Below are positions 47,466 through 55,291 of a DNA stretch of 64,000 nt, piece by piece. The first letter of the stretch is position 1; each line of letters opens with the position of its first letter. Origin of the DNA: Prolixibacteraceae bacterium. Its GTDB lineage: Bacteria; Bacteroidota; Bacteroidia; Bacteroidales; Prolixibacteraceae. The notes beneath the pieces were generated by a model, which was not told the origin of the DNA, ran no database searches, and worked only from the letters and a program-made list of their open reading frames with translations. The stretch lies in NCBI GenBank assembly GCA_018648265.1, contig JABGRN010000014.1:6436-70435 (forward strand). Reading direction: 5' to 3'. Made by a program: the position numbers and the translations under genes.

Positions 47466-47499
47466 TTTACATTCCTCCGAATTAAATTTAACAACTAAG

Positions 47500-47568
47500 C
47501 AAAATTAATTCGTTATAAGAAGCTCATTGTCATACGGATGTATAAGTTATGTAAAAATTGTGTCATGG
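47500..47568 (-). promoter_or_regulatory. Class I promoter/operator upstream of the 1289-aa propeller gene
   Basis: The box is CAAAATTA (47500-47507). Octamers are TGTCATAC at 47528, TGTATAAG at 47539, TGTAAAAA at 47550 and TGTCATGG at 47561, an exact 11-bp period. The offset is 21 nt. Confidence 0.5.
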
Positions 47569-47872
47569 CAAATTATTATTTGGAGTAAAGAGTTGTGAGT
47601 AGTTAAGTAGTAAGTAAAGAGTAAAAAGTCGTAAGATTGAAAATAACAACTATTTGTTAAAGACGACAAACCTTTTTATAAATATTATTGGCTCTGGCCT
47701 TTTAGTAAGTAATTTCCAAAAGTGATGCCATTCCTAAATTAAAGTAAAAACGTTTTCATCTTTTTAATTCACTGCTGGTGAGGAAGTCATCCTTATTCTG
47801 TGAAATACGAAACTTTGCAAAATTTTAGGGAATCATTCCCTTTTTTTACATTAATCGTAAAACAAGAACCGT

Positions 47873-47910
47873 ATAAAAAAACAGCCGGAAATTTTTGCTT
47901 CCGGCTGTCT
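47873..47910 (-). terminator. Terminator hairpin T1 after the beta-helix gene
   Basis: acagccggaa atttttgc ttccggctgt is a perfect 10-bp stem at 47881-47908. On the minus strand it is followed by TTTTTT. Confidence 0.7.
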
Positions 47911-47941
47911 GTAATTTGAATTAGATTTTTATTAAATTATA

Positions 47942-49981
47942 TTATTTATTGTGTAATATTTTACCATTAAATATTTCTTCACCAAGAATCATTCGGTAAA
48001 CGTAATAGCAATCTCTATTAATTTCAGAACTAAACTCAATTTTATAAGGAATTCCTTTTATAACCGGATTATTGAAAACGGTTTTTACCAGGCGACCAGT
48101 CGCATCGAACAAATCAATTCGGGCATGAGTGGTTTCCTGCGAATTAAACTCAAAGAATACTTTGTTGTTAAATGGATTTGGATAAACCTGAAGCCCAATA
48201 TTTTCCTTATCCACTAAATTGTCTTGTAAAATCTGAGCAGATTTATTTTTTACAGAATGGATAACAATTGAACCACCCCCAATTTCGGTTGCTGCTTCGG
48301 CTGTTTCATCTGCAAAAATATTATTATCGTATATTACATTATCTCCGTCATCTTTGTCCCAGATTTTAATTCTGAATTTATCTATTAATGAACCAGGAGT
48401 TAATTCCGCATCAACTGCACTCAACATAAAACCGTAATTACCTGAATCGTTAATTGTTCCAACTCCCCTGAACTGAGCTTTAGCACCTGCAATTATTAAC
48501 CAATCGTATTTAGTACTTTTAAATTTCAGATTGCCGGTATTAATATGAAACCGGGTGTTACCAACAGGTTTTATTTGTCCCTTTTTATATTTTGAAACAA
48601 ATCCGAAGTTGACCTTACCCGATAAATCTGGAGCAGCAACAAATGCACCTTCCGGCGACATTATCCATCCACCACCAGTAACAAAACCTGCTGTCGGATC
48701 ATAGACTACAACATACTGGTAAGTTTTACTGTCTGATTCATCAAATTCATCTATTACAGTTACAGTTACAGAATAAATGCCGGGGGTAATATAAATATGA
48801 TTCTTCTGGAAAGGAGTAGAAAGATTTTCAGAGTAAACTATGGGAGGATTTCCGTCTCCCCAATCAATTGTAATACTGGTCACATTGTCCTCATTGTCTG
48901 TGTATTCTATTTCCAATGTTATTTCTGTATCGATTTGAACCGGGTCAACTGGTGCAAAAACGGAAGTAATAACAGGTGGTGTATTAAATAAGGATTGCAT
49001 TAATGGGTAATTATCTTTATTGTTATTAAAAGTGTAAGGTGTATCCCCAATCCCATCATTATTTGAATCTACACCTGTATAGTCATTATAATAATTTCCA
49101 CCAGAGGGGTATCCGTTATCCCAGATATTGGTACTGTAATCATCCTGAGCTTGAACCGTATTGTCAATAAAGTCATTATGGTAAACCCTATTGTTTGTTA
49201 CTCTTGGTTCATGAAACCTAACTCCCACTGAATTATGGCTTATAATATTATTTCTAATCGTATTGGAACTCCCAACATAGCCAACCTCTACACCGCATCC
49301 ATTATCATGAATATTATTTTTCTCAATGATTGAATTAAACATTGAGTCAAAATGAATACTTGTGCCATTATTGTGATGAACGTTATTGTTTGTTATCAAG
49401 GTATTGGATCCCCATGAAACAGATAGACCACTACTATTACCAACTATTTCATTATTTCTAATAATGCAATTGTTAAATTGGTGAGCATACGATACTCCAA
49501 TATTATTTGATATGATGCAGTCTTCAATAAGGAGATACCCCCCACTGCGTGTGAGATTTAATCCCACTTGGTTCAAAGTAATTATAACATCTTTTATTGT
49601 AACATGATTAATAGAATAGTTGGGAATAGACTTTATCCCAATTTCTCCGTTGGCTACAGTTAATCCACTAATCGTTATATCGTTCGCGGTAACATATATA
49701 ACTTGCCCACTTCCGCTACCATCGATAATAGTAGTCTCTCTATCTTCTCCTTGTAAAGTCAAAGACTTATTTATCGTTACATATTCATAGTAGGTTCCTG
49801 CCTGCACATATACTTCATCACCCACGCCGGCAGCATTTACTGCCTGTTGAATTGTTGGATAGTCAACAGGAACTGTTATAGTTGTTGCATTTGTAATTTT
49901 AGGTAATATCAATGCAATTGCAATTGCCAAAAATATTACACAAAATCTAACTTTTATTATTTTAGTATTCTTGTTTTCCAT
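47942..49981 (-). CDS. Secreted right-handed parallel beta-helix (NosD/CASH-like) + PKD-like protein with T9SS C-terminal sorting domain
   Basis: After the signal peptide come TITVPVDYPTIQQAVNAAGVGDEVYVQAGTYYE, repeated N-I-x-x-N beta-helix turns, and DSNNDGIGDTPY. A PKD-like motif, DWGDGNP, follows. The C-terminus, LQVYPNPFNNKVFFEF...ATGRLVKTVF, is typical of a T9SS CTD. Confidence 0.8.
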   Translation of the reverse strand: MENKNTKIIKVRFCVIFLAIAIALILPKITNATTITVPVDYPTIQQAVNAAGVGDEVYVQAGTYYEYVTINKSLTLQGEDRETTIIDGSGSGQVIYVTANDITISGLTVANGEIGIKSIPNYSINHVTIKDVIITLNQVGLNLTRSGGYLLIEDCIISNNIGVSYAHQFNNCIIRNNEIVGNSSGLSVSWGSNTLITNNNVHHNNGTSIHFDSMFNSIIEKNNIHDNGCGVEVGYVGSSNTIRNNIISHNSVGVRFHEPRVTNNRVYHNDFIDNTVQAQDDYSTNIWDNGYPSGGNYYNDYTGVDSNNDGIGDTPYTFNNNKDNYPLMQSLFNTPPVITSVFAPVDPVQIDTEITLEIEYTDNEDNVTSITIDWGDGNPPIVYSENLSTPFQKNHIYITPGIYSVTVTVIDEFDESDSKTYQYVVVYDPTAGFVTGGGWIMSPEGAFVAAPDLSGKVNFGFVSKYKKGQIKPVGNTRFHINTGNLKFKSTKYDWLIIAGAKAQFRGVGTINDSGNYGFMLSAVDAELTPGSLIDKFRIKIWDKDDGDNVIYDNNIFADETAEAATEIGGGSIVIHSVKNKSAQILQDNLVDKENIGLQVYPNPFNNKVFFEFNSQETTHARIDLFDATGRLVKTVFNNPVIKGIPYKIEFSSEINRDCYYVYRMILGEEIFNGKILHNK

Positions 49982-50221
49982 TTTGAAGTTTTTTAATTTT
50001 TAAAGTAAATTTTCATTCATACTAAAGGTTTGTGAATGTTACTATTGTAGCCATTTAAGAATTGTTTTTGAAGAAATAAATAATACCACGAATCGTTAGG
50101 AATTAACTGCAAGTATTTTTTATGGCGAGCGAATTCTTTTCATATTCTACTCTTTAAGTTTTTCGGAAAAACCAATAATGCAATTAGATACGGAGAAAGA
50201 GCTTTCTAAATAATTTTTATT

Positions 50222-50290
50222 CAAAATTAAGGTGAACGGAAATGTCAGTTGTCATAAACATGTATTAGTTGTGTAAAAGTTGTGTCATGT
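50222..50290 (-). promoter_or_regulatory. Class I promoter/operator about 240 nt upstream of the beta-helix gene
   Basis: The box is CAAAATTA (50222-50229). Octamers are TGTCATAA at 50250, TGTATTAG at 50261, TGTAAAAG at 50272 and TGTCATGT at 50283. The offset is 21 nt. About 80 percent of positions match 47528-47568. Confidence 0.45.
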
Positions 50291-50314
50291 CCATTTCTAA
50301 ACTCAACAATACAA

Positions 50315-50340
50315 CAGCGGGAAACTTTTGCTACCGGCTG
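50315..50340 (-). terminator. Terminator hairpin T2 after the 1329-aa propeller gene
   Basis: cagcgggaaacttttgctaccggctg is a near-copy of T3 and T4. The downstream T-tract on the minus strand is weaker here. Confidence 0.5.
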
Positions 50341-50375
50341 CCTGTTATTTTGATTTTAAATTCTAATTGATTGTT

Positions 50376-53300
50376 TCATTCGCTTTGTTTCAGTTTATTT
50401 TCAGTTTCTTCTTTTGGAAGGAAGTTTTCCATCATCCAAATCTGAGGCAATTTATAAGATGAACCCTTATTGCTATAGACGAGTTTCCGGCCATCGGGAT
50501 GGGCACTAATCTGCCAAATGTAGGTTATTTCCAATCCAAGGTTAACTGGGTTACCACCGTTAACTGGGATTTGCCAAAGATTCCAGATACCGTCGCCTCT
50601 TGGTTCGCGAAATTTTTGTAAATAAATATACTTTCCATCCGCACTCCAACAGTGATGAATAAACTCATTTGCATATGATTTTGAACTCCATATTTTTCCC
50701 TCAATTGTCTTTTTTTTATCCAGAGAATAAATTTCCCGGACTTCACCCCCAGAAGTGGGTATAATCTTTATTGTCTTTTTTTGATCCAGCCCAAGGAACG
50801 CTATCCAATTTCCGTCTGGCGAGCATGAAATTGTTGCTAAGTCTGGAAAATATCCTTTTCTACCATGATTTACGAATAGAATCTTTTCTTCTTTGGTTTC
50901 CAGATTATACCTTACCAGTTTATGTTTTGTAGTATCATTTTCCTGATATTGGAGTACCATAAATATTGACATTCCATCTGCGCACCATTCAAAGTCAAAA
51001 ATTTTCTTGTTTTTATCACTGAAAATCAGACTAAGTTTATCACTTTGTAAATCGATTTTGTAAATTTCTGTTGTTCTTTCGGTATTCCGTTTCATCATCA
51101 GGATCGAGCGGTTATCTGGTGACCATTTGGGAATTCCGAAATTTTCAATGTTTGGTCTTATTTCACGTATATTACCATTTTTAAGAGATTTAATACAAAG
51201 GACATTACCTGTAGGGATTCCATTTTCACGTGTAAAGAACGGGGACCTTCGTGAAATAAAAGCCAGGTATTTGCCATCGGAAGAATAATCAGGGGCTGAA
51301 TTTTCGCCCATAAAACTTCCGATAATTTCATTAGGATGCGAGATAATAGCACCTGTTTCTGAATTTATTTCGGTTTCATAAACATCGGTAACAAATGGTT
51401 GGTAGAAACTATAAAATACTCCATTGTCAGAAAAACCTAATCCTGTTAGGTTAGGATATTCACTTGTTTTAATAAATTTTGGATTCCCCTGTGTTTTTCC
51501 ATTTTTCAATCCGACGTAATAAAAACCCATTTTCCCGGAACGGCTGCTGGCGAAAAGTAGTTGATTCCCATCGGGTGATAAATCAAGTACAAAATCATGG
51601 GCTGGATGTTTAATAATCGGAGTTTCCGTTTTTCCGTCTAGCGATAAGCAATAAATATCGTGAACAGGAGAATCCAAATCGGGAGGATAATCATATACAA
51701 CACCAGCTCCGTCACTTGTAAATTTAAGTTTTCCTACAATACGAATTCCAGACAATTCCTTAATAATCTGTTTTTCACCATCGCGCACAGAAAACAGTAT
51801 AATTTGTGTTGTCGTATCCATGGTTTCGATGGTTCCTAAAATAGTTTCGCCATCCCCCGAGATATCAGAAACCTGCACAACCCATTCATTTTTTGTTTCT
51901 TTTTTACGAATGGTACGAGGAGTTGAGTTTTCAAGTCCGATGGTACGGATTTCTTTTCTACCCGTGGAGTAAATAATCTGCCTGCTATCAGCTGACCATA
52001 TGGAAGATAAGACATAGGTTGTTTTGGCACCAGTACCCCAGGTTTCACCAAAATTATAATTTGTTAATCTACGTTTTTTTCCGGTAGCAATTTCATAAAT
52101 TGCCAAGTCACCAGCAGGCCAATCAGTATAGGATATGTATTTCCCGTCGGGAGAAATTTCACCTAAATTGTCAATTTCATCTTCTTCCCATATTTTTTTA
52201 CTGGTCATAACTTTTGGAGTTTCTACTGCCAATGTCTTTTTTTGTGCCAGTTTTTCAAGTGGCAGAAAATCTTCCATAAACCAAAATTCTTTATTGCCAT
52301 CTTTTACTCCTCCAAAAACAAAACGTTTTCCATCGGGCGACCAGTCAAGATGATATATTCTAACATCCTCCAGATTCGTTTCGACATCCTCAATGCTACC
52401 CTCGGATAATGACACGACTTTAACCACTTTACTCTTATTATCAAGAAAAGCAATACTTTTACTATCTGGTGACCATGCCAAATCAGTATGTACATCAGAA
52501 TTTTTTGGAATTTCCATTATCATTTCAGATTCACCGTTGATGACATTTACAACATTAATTGAAGATACATCATCATCTTGTAGAGAGAGATAGGCAATCA
52601 TTTTCCCATCTGGAGACCAAACCGGCGATAAAATATATTTTTCCTCTAACAATAGTTTTGGTATTCTATCATCAATATTTAACATATAAATGGCACAACT
52701 AACTTCTTCCTTGCCAGAAAAAATTTTTAATGGGAGTCGTAAAAATGCTACCTGTTTTCCATCAGGAGACCAACTGGGAGCAAAATCACCGTACGAAGGA
52801 TTTGGATTTGTAATCTGAGTTGGTGTTCCTCCATCGATAGGAATTTTCCAGATTTGGGTGCTTGGAGGCTTATTATAACCCAATTCTTTTGAAGCTGATG
52901 CTGCTGAAATAATCAGTTTACCATCAGGCGAAATCCGATTGCCTGCCTGATACTGATATGGAAAATTTAATAACACATCTTTTCTTACAGAAAGTAATTT
53001 CCCTTTACCTCCTGCTGCTGAAACAACACCAAGAGTCTTACTTGTATACGATAAAACATCATTATCATTAATGTAGTAAATTTTTTTACTATCAGGTGAC
53101 CAACGGGGCTGCACAGTATTTCCCTCACTTAAAACAATAGCAGGTTGACCTCCTTTAGCTGGCAGAGTGTATAATCCGAATTCCACTTTTGTCCTTAATA
53201 ACGCTCCAATTTTATTATCCGGAGTCCAACCCGCAAAATGTAGGACTTCTACCATTCCCTCAGGGAGATCAATACTAGTTACTTTCCCTGGTGAGGCGCT

Positions 53301-54365
53301 ATCACTGAAATCATGAACAATTTTGATTTGTTTACCATTATTATACTCCAAAAAAGCAATTTTTTTACTGTCTGGTGACCAAACCGGACTATATGCCTTT
53401 TCGGCATTAGCAACAAGGTGAGGTGTTCCATTATGGGTAGAAACAACCCATAATCCCAAATCACCAGAGCCTTTACCTCTACTTTTGTCTTCAACATAGG
53501 CAATCATTTTTCCGTTGGGAGAATAAACCGGTTCTCGAGCTTCCATATCAGTTAATTGCCTATGATTACTTCCGTCAACAGATATACTATGAACGTATTG
53601 TTTTTTGTCCACAATCGATGAAAAAGCTAACTTTTCCCCGTTGGGCGAAAGACTTATTCCGTAATTTATTATTCTAATACCCCGATTAGTTTCAACTATT
53701 TTATTTGGTTTACCCCCTGCAGAAGATACAATGTATATACCCTTATCCTTTAAGTCCCCTTTAATATTTTCATTGAAGGCAATCCATTTGCCGTCACCAG
53801 ACCAAGAAAGCCCAGTATAAAAAACCTCTATTCCTTCTGTATTTATTTGTACAGGGATTCCTGAAAATTCGGGTCCAAGATTCCCGGACACAGGCATTTT
53901 CCAAAGTTTTTCATCTGAAACCAAGACAAGGTCTTTTCCATTGGGAGATAGTTTTATAGACGAGGAAAATTCTGTCGGAATATTAATTTTTGTGAATTTT
54001 GGTACAAGAGGAGTTTTCGAAACTTTCTCAACAACCAGTAATTTTGAAAGCCTTTCTTTAGCAATTCGAACAAATTCCGGTTGGTCAGCAAAATTATTGA
54101 CCACCTTTTCGTAGTATTCTTTTGCCTTTTTATTTCCCAGCTTCTCATTACTTAATCCAAGATGATAAAACGCTTCCGCTGTAACCGTACGGTTTGTCGA
54201 ATTCTTCTCAACAATTTCAAGGAATAATTTTATTGCTTCTTCCAGATTACCGTTTACTTCTTCCTCATAAATGGCCTTGTTGAGCATCTCCTGTGGTGTT
54301 GTCTGTGCTGAAACATTACATGTGACCGCCAAACAAAACATCGAAATAATGATTAGTGTTTTCAT
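50376..54365 (-). CDS. Secreted TPR + multi-propeller PD40 protein, 1329 aa
   Basis: It has a signal peptide, the TPR segment PQEMLNKAIYEEEVNGNLEEAIKLFLEIVEKN, and more than 20 PD40 motifs. An internal boundary, EFWFMEDFLPLEK, lies near nt 52260. The C-terminus reads IWMMENFLPKEE. Confidence 0.85.
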   Translation of the reverse strand: MKTLIIISMFCLAVTCNVSAQTTPQEMLNKAIYEEEVNGNLEEAIKLFLEIVEKNSTNRTVTAEAFYHLGLSNEKLGNKKAKEYYEKVVNNFADQPEFVRIAKERLSKLLVVEKVSKTPLVPKFTKINIPTEFSSSIKLSPNGKDLVLVSDEKLWKMPVSGNLGPEFSGIPVQINTEGIEVFYTGLSWSGDGKWIAFNENIKGDLKDKGIYIVSSAGGKPNKIVETNRGIRIINYGISLSPNGEKLAFSSIVDKKQYVHSISVDGSNHRQLTDMEAREPVYSPNGKMIAYVEDKSRGKGSGDLGLWVVSTHNGTPHLVANAEKAYSPVWSPDSKKIAFLEYNNGKQIKIVHDFSDSASPGKVTSIDLPEGMVEVLHFAGWTPDNKIGALLRTKVEFGLYTLPAKGGQPAIVLSEGNTVQPRWSPDSKKIYYINDNDVLSYTSKTLGVVSAAGGKGKLLSVRKDVLLNFPYQYQAGNRISPDGKLIISAASASKELGYNKPPSTQIWKIPIDGGTPTQITNPNPSYGDFAPSWSPDGKQVAFLRLPLKIFSGKEEVSCAIYMLNIDDRIPKLLLEEKYILSPVWSPDGKMIAYLSLQDDDVSSINVVNVINGESEMIMEIPKNSDVHTDLAWSPDSKSIAFLDNKSKVVKVVSLSEGSIEDVETNLEDVRIYHLDWSPDGKRFVFGGVKDGNKEFWFMEDFLPLEKLAQKKTLAVETPKVMTSKKIWEEDEIDNLGEISPDGKYISYTDWPAGDLAIYEIATGKKRRLTNYNFGETWGTGAKTTYVLSSIWSADSRQIIYSTGRKEIRTIGLENSTPRTIRKKETKNEWVVQVSDISGDGETILGTIETMDTTTQIILFSVRDGEKQIIKELSGIRIVGKLKFTSDGAGVVYDYPPDLDSPVHDIYCLSLDGKTETPIIKHPAHDFVLDLSPDGNQLLFASSRSGKMGFYYVGLKNGKTQGNPKFIKTSEYPNLTGLGFSDNGVFYSFYQPFVTDVYETEINSETGAIISHPNEIIGSFMGENSAPDYSSDGKYLAFISRRSPFFTRENGIPTGNVLCIKSLKNGNIREIRPNIENFGIPKWSPDNRSILMMKRNTERTTEIYKIDLQSDKLSLIFSDKNKKIFDFEWCADGMSIFMVLQYQENDTTKHKLVRYNLETKEEKILFVNHGRKGYFPDLATISCSPDGNWIAFLGLDQKKTIKIIPTSGGEVREIYSLDKKKTIEGKIWSSKSYANEFIHHCWSADGKYIYLQKFREPRGDGIWNLWQIPVNGGNPVNLGLEITYIWQISAHPDGRKLVYSNKGSSYKLPQIWMMENFLPKEETENKLKQSE

Positions 54366-54381
54366 AATTTGCTTTTTTCAC

Positions 54382-54449
54382 CAAAGTTAAATCACCGAAA
54401 ATTCATATCAGACAAGTCATAAATGAGTTGTGTCAAGTTAAAATCAAGT
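54382..54449 (-). promoter_or_regulatory. Class II promoter/operator upstream of the 1329-aa propeller gene
   Basis: The box is CAAAGTTA (54382-54389). Octamers are AGACAAGT at 54410, TGTCAAGT at 54431 and AATCAAGT at 54442, with spacings of 21 and 11 nt. The offset is 21 nt. Confidence 0.5.
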
Positions 54450-54450
54450 T

Positions 54451-55140
54451 TTAAGAAGATAAAAATTTATACCCTCTTCCCCGCACGCTAATAATCCATT
54501 TAGCTTGTGCAGGATTATCTTCAATTTTTTTTCTCAAATTTAAAATATGTGTATCTACGGTTCTTGGCGCTACAAAAACCTCTTTTCCCCATACTTCATC
54601 CATTATCCGGTCGCGGCTTACTACCACCCCTTTGTGATTGATTAGGAATTTTAACAGATCAAATTCAAGGGTGGTTAACTGAATAATTTCTCCGGCTTTT
54701 AAACATTCATATTTTTGAAAATCAACGGTTATATCCCCAAATAAGAATTGACTTTCAGACGATATTTCAGGTTTTTCATTCACACGTCGTAAAACAGCTT
54801 TTACCCGCGCCTGCAATTCTCTTGGGCTAAATGGTTTTGTAATGTAATCATCGGCACCAAATTCCAATCCCAGGATTTTATCTATCTCCTGGCTTTTAGC
54901 AGTGAGCATAATGATGGGAGTTCGCACATTTCTTTTACGAAGTTCCTTTAACACTTCAAAACCATCCATTTCTGGAAGCATTATATCCAGCAAAATAATA
55001 TCATAAATTGGCTCCAATCCTTTTTTAAGTCCAGCTGTTCCTGTATTTGCAGAATCAACTTCATATCCTTCTGCGAGGAAGTCATCTTCCAACGCCATCC
55101 GAATTGCTTTTTCGTCTTCTATAATTAATATTCTTGTCAT
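54451..55140 (-). CDS. OmpR/PhoB-family response regulator (module B, subfamily II)
   Basis: Receiver domain ILLDIMLPEMDGFE and winged helix PRTVDTHILNLRKKIEDNPAQAKWIISVRGRGYKF. Confidence 0.9.
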   Translation of the reverse strand: MTRILIIEDEKAIRMALEDDFLAEGYEVDSANTGTAGLKKGLEPIYDIILLDIMLPEMDGFEVLKELRKRNVRTPIIMLTAKSQEIDKILGLEFGADDYITKPFSPRELQARVKAVLRRVNEKPEISSESQFLFGDITVDFQKYECLKAGEIIQLTTLEFDLLKFLINHKGVVVSRDRIMDEVWGKEVFVAPRTVDTHILNLRKKIEDNPAQAKWIISVRGRGYKFLSS

Positions 55141-55172
55141 TTTACAGCTAATTGTTTATATATTTTGATTAA

Positions 55173-55266
55173 CCAATCCCCCTTTTATTCCCCCTTCACC
55201 AAGGGGGACTGTCCTTCTTTCCTAAAGGAGGTTGCCCTGAGTACCCGGGGTCGGAGGATTTCAGCT
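55173..55266. repeat. GC-rich hairpin-bearing element inserted in the kinase-regulator spacer of module B
   Basis: There is an 8-bp hairpin, TCCCCCTT cacc AAGGGGGA, at 55189-55208. It is followed by ggaggttgccctgagtacccggggtcggagg. The local GC content is far above that of the surrounding sequence. Confidence 0.55.
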
Positions 55267-55291
55267 AGTTAATAATATTTCAATGCTCGTT

